Assembly: GCA_964485405.1 (NCBI GenBank)
Contig: CAZAJG010000006.1
Coordinates: 41,466 to 105,465 of the forward strand
DNA from: an uncultured Owenweeksia sp.
GTDB taxonomy: Bacteria > Bacteroidota > Bacteroidia > Flavobacteriales > Schleiferiaceae
Reading direction: 5' to 3'
Length of the DNA: 64,000 bases
The notes under the pieces are model-generated. The model worked only from the letters and a program-made list of their open reading frames with translations, did not search any database and was not told where the DNA came from. Of the stretch, positions 10,717-22,832 are shown piece after piece; within the stretch, counting starts at the first letter, position 1; every line of letters starts with the position of its first letter. The translations under genes and the position numbers were made by a program.

Positions 10717-13179
10717 ATGAAGAAGCTCCTCCTAGTTCTATTATCTCTATCGTTAACCGTAAGTTTCGCTCAAAACATTCAAGGTGTTGTAATAGACTCT
10801 GATGATGGCTCACCCCTTCCTTTTGTTAATATTACTATTAACGGCACCAAAGTAGGCGCAGCTACAGACATTGATGGAAAGTTCAGTTTTCCATATAAAG
10901 TAGAGCAAGTACAATTTTTGGACGTCAGCTACATAGGTTTTGAGAAAAAACGGGTCACAGAAATCTCTGAGACCATGACCATAAAGCTAAAGGAGCAAAC
11001 CTCGGAACTTGCGGAAGTAACCGTTCTCCCTGGTGAAAACCCAGCGCATAGGATTATCAAAAACGCAGTTAAGAACAAAAAGCTCAACGATCCTGAAAAA
11101 ATACCCTCTTTTACGTATAAGACCTATTCCAAGTTTGTGGCCTCTCTAAACGTTGATTCTTTAGACACATCCATAGACACCGTAAACATAGAAAAAGAAG
11201 ATACGGCTTATGCACGCCTAGACTCTAGCAACTACAACCTTTCCAGTTACTTGGATAAGCAGCACCTGTTTTTTATGGAATCCGTAACCAAAAGAACATA
11301 TTTAGCCCCCAGTAGAGATAACGAAACGGTGCTTGCGAGTAGAACATCTGGTTTTAAAAACCCCTTGTTTTCCTTGTTCATAACCCAAATGCAAACTTTC
11401 TCCTTTTATAATGATTATATAACCATTATGGGGAACGAATATTTAAACCCCATAACGCCAGGAAGCACATCGAGATACTTTTTCATTATTGAAGACACCA
11501 CCTATAACTCCACTAGCGATACCGTATTTATTATCTCTTTTAGACCGCGCCCTAATTATGGTTTTCAACCCTTGGAGGGTTTACTATACATCAACTCTAG
11601 TAACTGGGCTATCCAAAATGTTTTGGCTCATCCTCATGAAGCAGAAGGCTTACAGGTAACTATTGAGCAACAGTATAAAAAAGTAGGCGACCATACTTGG
11701 TTTCCTTCTCAACTCAATGCCGAACTGGAGTTCCGAACTATTCAAATAAATGATGTAAAACCTTATGGTAAAATGCGCACCTATATTAAAGACATTAACA
11801 TTGGTGAAAAGCTGAAGCGAAAGGAAATAAGCCGAGCAACCATGACGATAGACGATGATGCTGTAAAAAATGCAGACACCCTTTTAGCCCAATTCAGAGT
11901 AAACCCAATAACCGAACGGGAAGCGGCTACCTATAAAACCATGGATTCGATTAGTAAAGCTGAAAACCTAGAAACTAAACTCAAAATTTTAACCACCTTA
12001 TTTAGGGGTTATATCCCGTTTTACTTTGTAGACCTTGGCTTAGATAAAATTTTACGATACAACGAATATGAAGGCATTAGACTTGGCGGTAGTGCTTATA
12101 CCAATAGTAAGATTTCTGATTGGTTTAAAATAGGAGGTTACATTGGATACGGATTTGGCGATGAAGACTTTAAGTATGGGTGGGATACCGAAATGACTTT
12201 AGATAAATACTCTGATCTAAAGCTTATAGGCGGGTATCAATACGAGATTTTTGAAAGTGGTAGACCTGATTTTTTACAAGCGCCCCGTGCTAGTATTTTC
12301 AACGATAATTATAGAATCATTAAAATTCAACAATGGGATCAAACTACTCGATATTGGGCCGGTGTAACTTATGATGTTTTACCAAAAATCCATACCACAG
12401 TAAAATTTCAAAGAGAAAACAGGGTAATGGTGGGTGATTACTTTTACCAATTTGAGGGAGGAGAAAACCCGGTTTGGCAAAATGGATTTAACTTCAGTGA
12501 ATTAATCGCTTCGGTTAAATATACACCTACCGAAAAGTTTATTGAGGGACCCGATTTTGGAAAACTGACTTATGGCAAAAACTATCCTGAGTTTTATTTT
12601 CAATATACGAGAGGCATGGCCGATGTGCTCAACTCAGATTTTGAATATGATAAAATCGATCTCAAATTTCAGCATCAATTCAGAACCGTAAGAATAGGAA
12701 CAATTACCGTATCTGCTCAAGCCGGAGCCGTGTTAAGCGATGTACCTTATTCTAAACTTTTTGCGGGCAGATCCAACCGAAATCTCTTTAACGGAGATGC
12801 GATTCGTTATTTTGCAGTTGCCGATAGAAACAGCTTTGAAACTATGCTGATGAATGAGTTCGTTTCAGATCAATACATCCAACTTTTTTACAGACAAGAC
12901 CTAAAATCGCTTCTCTTCCGAAGAAATAATTTTGCCCCTCATATTGAACTTGTAACGAGGGCAGCATGGGGAAGCTTAAGACGCCCAGAGCTTCATCAAA
13001 ACATTTCAGTTCAGTCTTTTGACAATGGGTTTTACGAATCCGGTCTAGAACTAAACAAGTTGTATCAGCTTACTTTTACAGGTATCGGTCTCGGTGTATA
13101 TTATCGTTATGGCCCTTATCAGTTATCTGATTCAATAGACAATTTTGTGGTAAAACTCACTTCCAAATTTTCCTTCTAA
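10717..13179 (+). CDS. CarboxypepD_reg-like N-terminal domain plus large beta-rich C-terminal domain (DUF5686-like)
   Basis: 820-aa ORF. A signal peptide is followed by IQGVVIDSDDGSPLPFVNITINGTKVGAATDIDGKFSF (carboxypeptidase regulatory-like fold). The C-terminus ends in aromatic residues like a barrel protein. Family name is from memory. Confidence 0.6.
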   Translation: MKKLLLVLLSLSLTVSFAQNIQGVVIDSDDGSPLPFVNITINGTKVGAATDIDGKFSFPYKVEQVQFLDVSYIGFEKKRVTEISETMTIKLKEQTSELAEVTVLPGENPAHRIIKNAVKNKKLNDPEKIPSFTYKTYSKFVASLNVDSLDTSIDTVNIEKEDTAYARLDSSNYNLSSYLDKQHLFFMESVTKRTYLAPSRDNETVLASRTSGFKNPLFSLFITQMQTFSFYNDYITIMGNEYLNPITPGSTSRYFFIIEDTTYNSTSDTVFIISFRPRPNYGFQPLEGLLYINSSNWAIQNVLAHPHEAEGLQVTIEQQYKKVGDHTWFPSQLNAELEFRTIQINDVKPYGKMRTYIKDINIGEKLKRKEISRATMTIDDDAVKNADTLLAQFRVNPITEREAATYKTMDSISKAENLETKLKILTTLFRGYIPFYFVDLGLDKILRYNEYEGIRLGGSAYTNSKISDWFKIGGYIGYGFGDEDFKYGWDTEMTLDKYSDLKLIGGYQYEIFESGRPDFLQAPRASIFNDNYRIIKIQQWDQTTRYWAGVTYDVLPKIHTTVKFQRENRVMVGDYFYQFEGGENPVWQNGFNFSELIASVKYTPTEKFIEGPDFGKLTYGKNYPEFYFQYTRGMADVLNSDFEYDKIDLKFQHQFRTVRIGTITVSAQAGAVLSDVPYSKLFAGRSNRNLFNGDAIRYFAVADRNSFETMLMNEFVSDQYIQLFYRQDLKSLLFRRNNFAPHIELVTRAAWGSLRRPELHQNISVQSFDNGFYESGLELNKLYQLTFTGIGLGVYYRYGPYQLSDSIDNFVVKLTSKFSF

Positions 13180-13267
13180 AAGATTTCCTTCTGAATTCAG
13201 AATGCCTGTTTAGCGTAAAAGTCGTTATTTTGAGGGCCGCAAAATAGGCGGAAACAGCAGGGTATTT

Positions 13268-15625
13268 ATGTTTACAGTTATTGCTCGATTAATTCTAAGA
13301 AACCGAACCGCTTTTTTAGTAGCGTTGTTTCTTGGTACAAGTTTTATGGTATACCAGGCCACGAGTATACAGATGAGCTTTAAATTCTCTCGGCTTTTAC
13401 CCACTACGGATACAACTCAGATCGAGTACAATAATTTTCAAAAAACTTTCGACCAAGCTGGAAATACAATTGTTCTAGCCGTTGAAAACTACGATGTTTT
13501 TTCTAATGAAAATTTCAACAATTGGCATGCCTTTGAGGAACGATTGGCGGCTATTGAAGGGGTTCAAAATGTTATTTCACCTACACGATCGTACAACATC
13601 CAAAGAAACGATAGTACTCAAGAACTGGAATTAAGTCCAGTGGTTCCTGACTATCAAAATGCAAACCTTAAAAAGATAAAAGCCAACTTTTTCAACCTCC
13701 CTTTTTATCAAGAGCTTTTATACAGCAAAGATCAGCGGATTCCTATTCTCTTGGTTCAAATTGAAGAAAAATCACTTTATGTAAAGCGTATTGTTGACCT
13801 TGTAGAAGAAGTTAAAAAGGAAGTTGTTGCTTTTGAGAAGGACAACGAAGTGCGCATACACGCAAGTGGTTTACCCTACATTCGTATGGCGAACACCAAG
13901 CAAACATCAAAAGAGATTTTTATGTTTATTGGCTTATCGTTGGGCATCACCACCATACTCCTCCTCTTCTTTTTAAAGAGCTTTAAAGCCACGTTCGTCT
14001 CTCTTTTAGTAGTTGTGTTAGGCGTTTGTTGGAGCTTGGGTTTAATATCTTCTTTTGGCTTTACCGTTACCATGTTAACCTCGCTGGTACCTTCCCTAAT
14101 TATTGTAATTGGGGTGCCAAATTGTATTTTTCTGATCAACAAATATCACTCAGAATACAAGGGGCACGGAAACCAGGTATTATCTGTGCAACGAGTAATT
14201 AGAAGGATAGGCGCAGCTACTTTAATCACCAACACAACCACTGCTCTTGGCTTTGCTGCTTTAACGCTAACCGATAGTGTAATTTTAAGAGAATTTGGAA
14301 TCATTGCAGCCGTAAACATTCTAATGGTGTTTGTCATCTCAATCATCATTATTCCAATTTTTTACAGCTTTTCAAAACCACCTAAAAAAAGGCATTACAA
14401 GCATTTGGAAAAAGATTGGGTAAATGGCTTCATTGGTGGGCTTACTTGTATTGTAAATAAAAAACGAAAGCTGGTTTACTTGTTTCTTATTCTATTTATT
14501 GGTGTTGCTCTTTTTGGCACTACCAAAATGTATACAACGGGTAATCTTACAGAAGAGTTTCAGGAAAGTGATCCTCTAAAAAAAGATCTTAAATATTTTG
14601 AAAAGCATTTTGGCGGCATTGTTCCTTTAGAAATCATTGTGGATACAAAGAAGAAAAATGGTATTCAGAAGCTCTCGAACCTGAAACGTATCGATCGTCT
14701 TCAAAAATCTTTAGCCGAACTACCCGAACTCTCACGATCTATATCTATTGTTGATCCGATTAAGTTTATTAAACAAGCCTATTACAGAGGCGATAGTACT
14801 TTTTACAGCTTACCCAATAGTCAAGAAAAAAATTTCATCTTCTCCTTTCTTCCAAAAGGACAAGATGCTTCCATTGTCCGGTCATTGGTAGATACTACTG
14901 GAAGCAAGGCCCGAATTACAGTTCAAGTAGAAGACTTAGGCACTGAAGAAAGTAGAGTTCTTCACGCCAAAATCTGGGAAAAGATTAATGAGATATTCGA
15001 CCCAGAAAGATATGATGTAACCGTTACCGGAGCCTCAGTTGTTTTCTTAAAAGGAACGAGCTATCTCATCAAAAATCTCATTCTGAGTTTGGTTATTGCC
15101 ATATTCGTTATCGCCATTATTATGGCATTGCTTTTCCGATCTTTCGCTATGGTTTTTGTATCCCTTATACCTAACCTATTCCCCTTGTTGATCACTGCCG
15201 GTATTATGGGCTATTTTGGTATTCCCTTAAAACCATCCACTATTTTAGTATTTAGTATTGCCTTTGGTATTTCTGTTGATGATACGATACATTTTCTAGC
15301 CAAATATCGCCTTGAGCTGCGGCAATCTAATTGGAATATCCATCAATCCATCCTTTTAGCTTTAAAGGAAACAGGCGTTAGCATGCTCTATACATCCATC
15401 GTGTTATTCTTTGGATTTAGCATCTTTATCGTTTCTAGCTTTGGCGGTATTGTGTCTTTAGGTATATTGGTATCCCTCACTCTCATTATTGCTATGATTA
15501 GTAATTTAATATTACTGCCAAGCTTATTGATGAGTTTAGCACAACGTGTAGCGAACAAAGATTTTAACAAACCGTTTATTCGAATTTATAAAGACCGATC
15601 GGAAGATGAGGATGAGGAGGATTGA
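13268..15625 (+). CDS. MMPL/RND-superfamily transporter (two 6-TM bundles)
   Basis: 785-aa ORF with two hydrophobic blocks separated by a soluble loop. The second block has a sterol-sensing/RND-like pattern ([10 protein letters not shown]). Confidence 0.75.
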   Translation: MFTVIARLILRNRTAFLVALFLGTSFMVYQATSIQMSFKFSRLLPTTDTTQIEYNNFQKTFDQAGNTIVLAVENYDVFSNENFNNWHAFEERLAAIEGVQNVISPTRSYNIQRNDSTQELELSPVVPDYQNANLKKIKANFFNLPFYQELLYSKDQRIPILLVQIEEKSLYVKRIVDLVEEVKKEVVAFEKDNEVRIHASGLPYIRMANTKQTSKEIFMFIGLSLGITTILLLFFLKSFKATFVSLLVVVLGVCWSLGLISSFGFTVTMLTSLVPSLIIVIGVPNCIFLINKYHSEYKGHGNQVLSVQRVIRRIGAATLITNTTTALGFAALTLTDSVILREFGIIAAVNILMVFVISIIIIPIFYSFSKPPKKRHYKHLEKDWVNGFIGGLTCIVNKKRKLVYLFLILFIGVALFGTTKMYTTGNLTEEFQESDPLKKDLKYFEKHFGGIVPLEIIVDTKKKNGIQKLSNLKRIDRLQKSLAELPELSRSISIVDPIKFIKQAYYRGDSTFYSLPNSQEKNFIFSFLPKGQDASIVRSLVDTTGSKARITVQVEDLGTEESRVLHAKIWEKINEIFDPERYDVTVTGASVVFLKGTSYLIKNLILSLVIAIFVIAIIMALLFRSFAMVFVSLIPNLFPLLITAGIMGYFGIPLKPSTILVFSIAFGISVDDTIHFLAKYRLELRQSNWNIHQSILLALKETGVSMLYTSIVLFFGFSIFIVSSFGGIVSLGILVSLTLIIAMISNLILLPSLLMSLAQRVANKDFNKPFIRIYKDRSEDEDEED

Positions 15626-15648
15626 AAAACTCTATTAAAAGTAAAGCT

Positions 15649-16512
15649 ATGAAAGGAATTATTCTTGCCGGAGGATCCGGGACCCGCTTACACCCTCTTA
15701 CCTTGGCCATCAGCAAACAATTGATGCCCATATACGATAAACCCATGATCTATTATCCACTTAGCACCTTAATGCAAGCGGGCATAAAAGACATTCTTAT
15801 CATTTCCACCCCGCATGATATGCCTTTATTCAAAAAGCTACTTGGCGATGGAAGCAGAGTGGGTTGTAATTTCAGTTATACTGTTCAGGAAGTCCCAAAT
15901 GGACTTGCACAAGCTTTTGTTTTGGGAGAGGAATTTATTGGTGACGATTCTGTGGCTTTAGTTTTAGGAGATAATATTTTTTATGGAACAGAAATCGCTC
16001 AGCTTCTGCAAAACAGTAAAGATCCTAAAGGAGGCATTGTTTTCGCTTATCAAGTTTCTGATCCGGAGCGTTATGGTGTAGTGGAATTTGATGAAAACCT
16101 GAAAGCAATGTCGATAGAAGAAAAGCCGGAAAAGCCTAAATCAAGATACGCGGTTCCTGGGTTATACTTTTACGATAATGAGGTGGTGCAGATTGCAAAA
16201 AACCTAAAACCTTCCGCCAGAGGTGAATATGAAATAACAGACATCAATAAAGCTTATTTGAGCGCTGGCAAACTGCAAGTTGGTATTTTAGATAGAGGTA
16301 CAGCTTGGCTAGACACTGGTACTTTCCCTAGCCTTATGGCTGCAGGGCAGTTTGTTCAGGTTATAGAAGAGCGTCAAGGACTAAAAGTGGGTTGTATTGA
16401 AGAGATTGCCTACCGCCAAGGGTTTATTGACGATACTCAACTTAAAAGCATTGCTCAACCTCTTGTAAAAAGTGGGTATGGAAAGTACCTTTTAGGTCTT
16501 ATTGAAGATTAG
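15649..16512 (+). CDS. rfbA: glucose-1-phosphate thymidylyltransferase
   Basis: The track starts this ORF at TTG 15622. ATG 15649 gives the canonical [19 protein letters not shown]-terminus. The remainder matches RmlA throughout. Confidence 0.9.
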   Translation: MKGIILAGGSGTRLHPLTLAISKQLMPIYDKPMIYYPLSTLMQAGIKDILIISTPHDMPLFKKLLGDGSRVGCNFSYTVQEVPNGLAQAFVLGEEFIGDDSVALVLGDNIFYGTEIAQLLQNSKDPKGGIVFAYQVSDPERYGVVEFDENLKAMSIEEKPEKPKSRYAVPGLYFYDNEVVQIAKNLKPSARGEYEITDINKAYLSAGKLQVGILDRGTAWLDTGTFPSLMAAGQFVQVIEERQGLKVGCIEEIAYRQGFIDDTQLKSIAQPLVKSGYGKYLLGLIED

Positions 16513-16520
16513 AATAATCC

Positions 16521-17477
16521 ATGAAGAAAATACAGGAGTATACTCAGCTGATTGAAAAAACCATTGCTGAGCAGTCGTTTAATGAAGCGCCCATTGAACT
16601 TTATCAACCCATTTCATACATTCTTTCCTTGGGTGGGAAAAGATTAAGACCAGCCTTAACCTTAGCTGCTGCCGAACTTTTTGGAAGTTCAAGAGAAAAG
16701 GCTTTACAGCCTTGCTTAGGCATTGAGGTGTTCCATAATTTTTCTTTAATCCACGATGACATTATGGATGCCGCTCCATTGAGAAGAGGCAAACCTACTG
16801 TGCATAAAAAGTGGGATGACAATATTGCCATCTTATCTGGAGATGCTATGCTGGTAAAGGCATATCAATACATTGCTCAAGTAGACAAGGAAATACTTCC
16901 CGAAGTTTTGGCCACCTTTTCTCAAACCGCCATTGAGGTATGCGAAGGGCAGCAATACGATTTGAATTTTGAGACCTTAGAAAGTGTTTCAGAAGAAGAT
17001 TATATCAACATGATCCGATTAAAAACTTCTGTTTTACTAGGCTGTGCTCTAAAAGTTGGCGCTTTGATTGGTGGTGCTTCCAAAAATGATGTGGATGCCA
17101 TTTACAATTTTGGGGTAAACATTGGCATCGCTTTTCAAATTCAAGATGACATACTAGACGCCTTTGGAGAAGCGGATAAATTTGGGAAACTTGTAGGTGG
17201 TGATATCTTAAACGATAAAAAAACCATCCTCATGATCCAAGCTTTGAAATCGTCTCCTGAATTGGTCAATTGGATAGGCGAAAAGGAAAACGCAGAAGAG
17301 AAAATAGAAACGGTTAAAAGAATATTTGAAGAAACCGGAACTAAGGCATATGCTGAAAAGCAGATGCACCGATACTACGAGCAAGCATTAAAAAATCTTG
17401 ATTCTGTAAAGGGTAAAAAAGATGTGCAAGACGAACTGAAACAGTTTGCTGAATATTTAATTCTCCGAGATGTATGA
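16521..17477 (+). CDS. polyprenyl (geranylgeranyl/farnesyl-type) diphosphate synthase
   Basis: 318-aa ORF. First and second Asp-rich motifs LIHDDIMD and FQIQDDILD. Confidence 0.85.
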   Translation: MKKIQEYTQLIEKTIAEQSFNEAPIELYQPISYILSLGGKRLRPALTLAAAELFGSSREKALQPCLGIEVFHNFSLIHDDIMDAAPLRRGKPTVHKKWDDNIAILSGDAMLVKAYQYIAQVDKEILPEVLATFSQTAIEVCEGQQYDLNFETLESVSEEDYINMIRLKTSVLLGCALKVGALIGGASKNDVDAIYNFGVNIGIAFQIQDDILDAFGEADKFGKLVGGDILNDKKTILMIQALKSSPELVNWIGEKENAEEKIETVKRIFEETGTKAYAEKQMHRYYEQALKNLDSVKGKKDVQDELKQFAEYLILRDV

Positions 17478-17787
17478 CCTCAGCAACCCAAATCTTGTAA
17501 GTGTTTTTGATCCGAGTAAGAATTTGGTAGCAGATCTAATTGTACAACTCAATAAAGATCTCGAAACAGATCACTTTTCAGAAACGGATCGAACCGTGGA
17601 TCAATTCCTCAAAAAAATTGAGTATTTGCTTAAAGCAGAAAGATCGTCCGTATCTAGCTTGCTATATCGAATAGATGTGCCCGAAGAAATAGCATTAGAA
17701 CAAGAAAACTATCAAACTTTAAGTTTAGCGGTTCTTATTCGAGAAGCTCAAAAAGTATCATTTAGAAAGATCTACAGCTCCTCTTGA
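17470..17787 (+). CDS. hypothetical protein
   Basis: 105-aa ORF overlapping the synthase stop by 8 nt, which suggests translational coupling. No motif recognised. Confidence 0.5.
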   Translation: MYDLSNPNLVSVFDPSKNLVADLIVQLNKDLETDHFSETDRTVDQFLKKIEYLLKAERSSVSSLLYRIDVPEEIALEQENYQTLSLAVLIREAQKVSFRKIYSSS

Positions 17788-17802
17788 TGCAGCAAATGTG
17801 TT

Positions 17803-18438
17803 CTAAAAGAAAAACCCAATAGTAGGGATAAAAGCAACTCCATACGGGGAATCAACATCATGCAGGAGGTTGTAACGCATCCCCAGTTGAACAAAACTCT
17901 TCTTTCCAATTTTTTGAATAATACCTCCTTCTAAAAAAAGAACGGTAGTCCATTGTCGATCTAAATCGTTGGTTGCAAAATTCGCCACATCATGATTTAA
18001 GTACTCTATTTGAGTTCCTACGTATAAAAAATCGTTGGGAATAAAAGTGAAGATCGCTTTTGGGCCATAAACAGATGTTTCAAACTCAAAAGGCTCAAAC
18101 TGGTTTGTAAATGGATTATAAGCTTCCGTAAATCGGGTATATTGATAAATAAACCCACCACCAACGATTATTTTTTCCGTAGCCTTATAACCTACGGTTG
18201 GAGCAATATATACAAAGGTGTTTCTGCCAAAAGTGAGGCTCATGTTTCCGCCAAACAGAAACTTATCCCATACACTTGGCTCTTTCGATGCAGGAGGAGT
18301 TTGTTTGAGTTGTGGCTCTTCTTTTTCTGAGCTTTCCGTTGTTTGAGAATCTTTCTTTTTAAATCTCTCGTTTATCTGAGCTTTTGAAATTACGGTCCCA
18401 ATACACAACACAAAAAGAGCGATATACTTTAGCTTCAT
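17803..18438 (-). CDS. outer-membrane beta-barrel protein, unknown function
   Basis: The preferred start ATG 18438 gives MKLKYIALFVLCIGTVISKAQ. The C-terminus ...IPTIGFFF ends in Phe, as in OMPs. The track start at 18474 adds 12 unlikely residues. Confidence 0.6.
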   Translation of the reverse strand: MKLKYIALFVLCIGTVISKAQINERFKKKDSQTTESSEKEEPQLKQTPPASKEPSVWDKFLFGGNMSLTFGRNTFVYIAPTVGYKATEKIIVGGGFIYQYTRFTEAYNPFTNQFEPFEFETSVYGPKAIFTFIPNDFLYVGTQIEYLNHDVANFATNDLDRQWTTVLFLEGGIIQKIGKKSFVQLGMRYNLLHDVDSPYGVAFIPTIGFFF

Positions 18439-18620
18439 ATCTATATTCTTTAAAATCAAGCCTATGGCTTTCAATATTTTCTAAAAACCAACCGTTTTCA
18501 GTCCTTCATCATCCTTTAGCTAACGGCTAATTTGACTGAATTGTATAGCAAAGGTATCAAAGCTTTAAATCAATTGATAAGCTTTTGAACTTCCTTGACC
18601 ATCAGCTGTTAAAATAATAT

Positions 18621-18628
18621 TAATTTTG
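18621..18628 (+). promoter_or_regulatory. candidate -7 box (TAATTTTG) for sucAB
   Basis: Exact TAnnTTTG match 36 nt upstream of ATG 18664. A TTG lies at 18595-18597. Confidence 0.3.
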
Positions 18629-18663
18629 TTTCACTTTTTTAGATATCTCACTTAACAAAACAT

Positions 18664-21447
18664 ATGGACAGGTTTTCCTTCCTTGGTAGTGTTCACACCT
18701 CCTTCATAGATGATCTTTATCAGAAGTATCTTCAATCTCCTGATTCGGTAGAGCCGAGTTGGCGTGCCTTTTTTCAAGGTTATGACTTTGCCATGGAAGA
18801 ATATGGCGATGACCTTGAAAGTGGCGATGTGGATAGTGAGCAGCTTGCCTTGTTTCACGATCAACTGGTAGAAAAAATTCAGAAAGAATTTCAGGTTATT
18901 CAATTGATCAATGCATACCGAACGCGTGGCCACTTATTCACTCAAACCAACCCAGTTAGAGCAAGAAGAACGTATCGCCCTACACTAGACATTGAAAACT
19001 TTGGACTAACCGAAGCAGATCTTGACCTAACTTTTGAAGCCGCTAAAGAGGTAGGTGCCCATAAGCCCGATACGCTAAGAAAGATTATTGCTCATCTTCA
19101 AAAAGCATATTGCGAATCCATTGGCGTGGAATATATGTACATCCGCGATCCAGAAAAGTTGGATTGGATTAAGGAGCAATTAAACATAAATGATAATCAA
19201 CCCAACTTCTCTACAGATGAGAAGAAAGAGATCCTAGAAAAACTCAACGAAGCGGTTGCTTTTGAAAATTTTCTAAACACCAAGTTTGTCGGACAAAAGA
19301 GATTCTCCATTGAAGGAGCTGAATCTTTAATTCCTGCTTTAGATATCAGTATTCAAAAGGCAGCTTCACTTGGGGTAAAAGAGTTTGTTGTGGGCATGGC
19401 TCACCGTGGACGCTTGAATGTACTCTCCAATATTTTTGGAAAAACACAGCGTGATATTTTCAGTGAGTTTGAAGGGAAGGAGTTTTTAAATGAAAATGAA
19501 GTAGAAGGAGAATTTGACGGAGATGTTAAATACCACTTGGGATACTCTACCGAAAAAACACTAGAGAATGGAGAGAAGATCAAACTAAATATCTCTCCTA
19601 ACCCTTCTCACTTAGAAGCTGTAGACGCTGTAGTAGAAGGTATAGCCCGAGCGGTAATCAATACAAATTACGACAAAGACGAATCTAAGGTAATGCCCAT
19701 TTTGATACACGGAGATGCAGCTGTTGCTGCTCAGGGTATCTTGTATGAGGTTATTCAAATGGAGCGTTTACCAGGGTACCGAACCGGTGGAACTGTGCAT
19801 GCCGTTATCAACAATCAAGTAGGGTTTACCACAAATTATACAGAAGCCCGCTCAAGTGTTTATTGTACGGATATAGCTAAAGTAATTTTAGCTCCTGTTT
19901 TACATGTTAATGGAGATGACGTAGAAGCAGTGGTCCATAGTTTTTTATTCGCTATGGAATACCGCCAACGTTACCACCGAGATATTTTCATCGACCTTTT
20001 GTGTTACCGTAAGTATGGCCACAATGAAGGGGATGAACCCCGTTTTACTCAGCCTAAATTGTATAAGGCAATAAGCAAACATCCTAACCCAAAGAAAATT
20101 TACAGCGACAAGCTGAAAGCTGAAGGGGTTATTGATGACCAATTCCTTAAAAATCTGGAAAAGAACTTTAAGGAAATGTTGGAAATGAAGTTTGATGAAT
20201 CAAAAAAGCTAGAAAAGAATAGGATCACACAATTCATGGAACATGAATGGAGCGGTTACCGAACAGGAACGGCTGAGGATTTTGATAGCTCTATGGATAC
20301 TTCTTTTGATATTGAAAGACTTAAGAGTATTGCTAAAACCATAACCACACTGCCAGAAGACAAAAAATTCTTTAACAAGGTTCAAAGGTTATTGAAGCAA
20401 CGTTGGGATATGGTAGATCAGAAAAATTCCTTAGACTGGGGAATGGCTGAACTATTGGCCTACGGCACTATCATTAGCGATGGATACAATGTAAGGTTCA
20501 GCGGAGAAGATACGGAGAGAGGAACTTTCTCACACCGCCATGCGGTAGTTAAAGTGGAAGATTCTGAAGAAAAAATTATTCTTCTAAACCATATTGAAGG
20601 TAGAGAAGGACGTTTTGCGATATATAACTCTCTACTTTCTGAGTATGGCGTTTTAGGTTTTGATTATGGGTATGCTATGGCCTCTCCTGAAACTTTGGTT
20701 ATTTGGGAAGCTCAATTTGGTGACTTCTTTAACGGAGCCCAAATTATGGTGGATCAATTCATTTCCGCTGCGGAAGACAAGTGGAACGTTCAAAATGGCT
20801 TAGTACTCTTCCTTCCTCATGGATATGAAGGTCAAGGTGCGGAACACTCCAGCGCGCGCTTGGAACGTTGGTTGCAACAATGTGCGCAGTACAATATGCA
20901 AGTAACCAACGCTACTACGCCTGCTAACTTCTTTCATATGCTCAGAAGGCAAATGAAGAGAGAGTTTAGAAAACCGCTTATCGTTATGACTCCTAAAAGT
21001 TTATTGAGACACTCTAAAGTGGTTTCTCCATTAGAGGATTTAGCGGTTGGAAAGTTTCAAGAGATATTGGATGACCCAAGGGTAGAAAACAAAGACACGG
21101 TTAAAAAGCTGGTCTTTGTTAGTGGCAAGTTCTATTACGATCTGGATAAAGAAAGAGACGATGAAGGAAGTCCAGAAGACATGGCTATTATCCGTTTGGA
21201 GCAGCTGTATCCTTTGGTAGATGACCAGATAAAAGAAGTGATAGCTAGCTACAAAAATGTTGAGAAAATCATTTGGGGGCAAGAAGAGCCAGCCAATATG
21301 GGAGCTGCCTATCACATGAAGATGAACTTCCCTGTGCAAATAGATGAAGTTATATCTCCTTCGGCAAGCGCAGCTACAGCTTCGGGTTCATCTCAAGCCC
21401 ATGCTATACGTCATAAAAAAATAATAAGAAATATATTTAACGCCTAA
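18664..21447 (+). CDS. sucA: 2-oxoglutarate dehydrogenase E1 component
   Basis: 927-aa ORF with motifs GMAHRGRLNVL, IHGDAAVAAQG and GYEGQGAEHSSARLERWLQ. Followed 12 nt later by the E2 gene. Confidence 0.95.
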   Translation: MDRFSFLGSVHTSFIDDLYQKYLQSPDSVEPSWRAFFQGYDFAMEEYGDDLESGDVDSEQLALFHDQLVEKIQKEFQVIQLINAYRTRGHLFTQTNPVRARRTYRPTLDIENFGLTEADLDLTFEAAKEVGAHKPDTLRKIIAHLQKAYCESIGVEYMYIRDPEKLDWIKEQLNINDNQPNFSTDEKKEILEKLNEAVAFENFLNTKFVGQKRFSIEGAESLIPALDISIQKAASLGVKEFVVGMAHRGRLNVLSNIFGKTQRDIFSEFEGKEFLNENEVEGEFDGDVKYHLGYSTEKTLENGEKIKLNISPNPSHLEAVDAVVEGIARAVINTNYDKDESKVMPILIHGDAAVAAQGILYEVIQMERLPGYRTGGTVHAVINNQVGFTTNYTEARSSVYCTDIAKVILAPVLHVNGDDVEAVVHSFLFAMEYRQRYHRDIFIDLLCYRKYGHNEGDEPRFTQPKLYKAISKHPNPKKIYSDKLKAEGVIDDQFLKNLEKNFKEMLEMKFDESKKLEKNRITQFMEHEWSGYRTGTAEDFDSSMDTSFDIERLKSIAKTITTLPEDKKFFNKVQRLLKQRWDMVDQKNSLDWGMAELLAYGTIISDGYNVRFSGEDTERGTFSHRHAVVKVEDSEEKIILLNHIEGREGRFAIYNSLLSEYGVLGFDYGYAMASPETLVIWEAQFGDFFNGAQIMVDQFISAAEDKWNVQNGLVLFLPHGYEGQGAEHSSARLERWLQQCAQYNMQVTNATTPANFFHMLRRQMKREFRKPLIVMTPKSLLRHSKVVSPLEDLAVGKFQEILDDPRVENKDTVKKLVFVSGKFYYDLDKERDDEGSPEDMAIIRLEQLYPLVDDQIKEVIASYKNVEKIIWGQEEPANMGAAYHMKMNFPVQIDEVISPSASAATASGSSQAHAIRHKKIIRNIFNA

Positions 21448-21459
21448 CAAATCATAAAA

Positions 21460-22689
21460 ATGAGCGTAGAAATTAAAGTCCCTTCTCCAGGAGAATCTGT
21501 ATCTGAAGTAGAAATTGCCTCCTGGCTGGTTGAAGATGGAGACTACGTAGAAAAAGATCAAGAGATTGTAGAGCTCGACTCAGACAAAGCTACCTTGGCT
21601 ATGCCAGCAGAGGAAAGTGGAGTCATCTCCATTTCTGTAGAAGAAGGGGAAGCGGTAGAAGTTGGTCAGGTTATTGGAACCATCGACACTTCAGCAGCTA
21701 AGCCAGAAGGATCTGGTGAGGAAGCTGCTGCAGTTAAAGAAAATGCTCCCGCTAAAGAGGAGCCAAAAAAGGAAGAACCCAAAGCTGAGCCTGCAAAAAC
21801 GTATGCCAGTGGATCGCCTTCCCCTGCAGCTAAAAAGATTTTAGACGAAAAAAATATTTCTGCTGATGCGGTAAAAGGTACAGGAAGAGACGGACGAATT
21901 ACGAAAGACGATGCGGTAAACGCAAAAGCTTCTATGGGTTCTCCTACAAGCGGTGGTAGCCGTGCCAGTGAAAACAAAAAGATGAGTTCTTTAAGAAGAA
22001 ACTTAGCCAAGCGTTTGGTTTCTGTAAAGAATGAAACGGCTATGCTTACTACTTTTAATGAAGTAGATATGAGCGGCATCTTTGCGCTTCGCAGTCAGTA
22101 CAAAGAAGAGTTTAAAGAGAAGCACGGAGCGAGTTTAGGTTTCATGTCTTTCTTTACAAAGGCGGTAACCCGTGCTTTAGGTTTATTCCCTCAGGTTAAC
22201 TCTATGATAGATGGTAACTTCTTAACCAGCTATGATTATTGTGATGTAAGTATTGCAGTAAGTGGCCCTAAAGGTTTGATGGTTCCCGTTATCCGCAATG
22301 CAGAAAACTTAAGCTTTGCAGGAGTAGAGAATGAAGTAAAGAGATTGGCTATTCGCGTACGTGAAGGGCAAATTACTTTGGATGAAATGACAGGCGGAAC
22401 CTTCACCATTACCAATGGTGGTGTGTTCGGATCCATGCTTTCTACACCTATTCTTAACCCTCCTCAAAGTGCCATTTTAGGAATGCACAATATTGTGGAG
22501 CGTCCGGTAGCTGTAAACGGAAAGGTAGAAATTAGACCTATTATGTATGTAGCCCTTTCTTACGACCACCGCGTTATTGATGGTAGAGAATCCGTAGGAT
22601 TTTTAGTAGCCGTTAAAGAAGCTTTAGAAAACCCAACAGAACACCTATTAGGTGGAGAATCTAGCGTAAAAAAGAACTTAGAACTCTAA
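21460..22689 (+). CDS. sucB: dihydrolipoyllysine-residue succinyltransferase (E2o)
   Basis: 409-aa ORF. Lipoyl domain ([12 protein letters not shown]), Ala/Pro/Glu linker, E3-binding segment, and a catalytic domain with DHRVIDG. Confidence 0.95.
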   Translation: MSVEIKVPSPGESVSEVEIASWLVEDGDYVEKDQEIVELDSDKATLAMPAEESGVISISVEEGEAVEVGQVIGTIDTSAAKPEGSGEEAAAVKENAPAKEEPKKEEPKAEPAKTYASGSPSPAAKKILDEKNISADAVKGTGRDGRITKDDAVNAKASMGSPTSGGSRASENKKMSSLRRNLAKRLVSVKNETAMLTTFNEVDMSGIFALRSQYKEEFKEKHGASLGFMSFFTKAVTRALGLFPQVNSMIDGNFLTSYDYCDVSIAVSGPKGLMVPVIRNAENLSFAGVENEVKRLAIRVREGQITLDEMTGGTFTITNGGVFGSMLSTPILNPPQSAILGMHNIVERPVAVNGKVEIRPIMYVALSYDHRVIDGRESVGFLVAVKEALENPTEHLLGGESSVKKNLEL

Positions 22690-22712
22690 GTTTTTATTGA
22701 ATATATTTCTTT

Positions 22713-22746
22713 AAAACCCTTCCTTAGTGGAGGGTTTTGTTTTTTG
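22713..22746 (+). terminator. intrinsic terminator after sucB
   Basis: AAAACCCTTCC-ttagt-GGAGGGTTTT-GTTTTTT, a stem with a one-base bulge followed by a T-run. Confidence 0.6.
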
Positions 22747-22832
22747 GAAAAGCCCATTCTTTAAAGCGCATAGCTTTTGCTACTTTTGAAGCGGCTTCCA
22801 CATAAAGCCTATACTTTTTGGGTACCTTTTTT

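Noticed and set aside
21666-22079. 137-aa minus-strand ORF and 60-aa plus-strand ORF inside sucB
   Set aside because: They overlap the Ala/Pro/Glu-rich E2 linker region. That compositional bias keeps alternative frames open. sucB itself is unambiguous.
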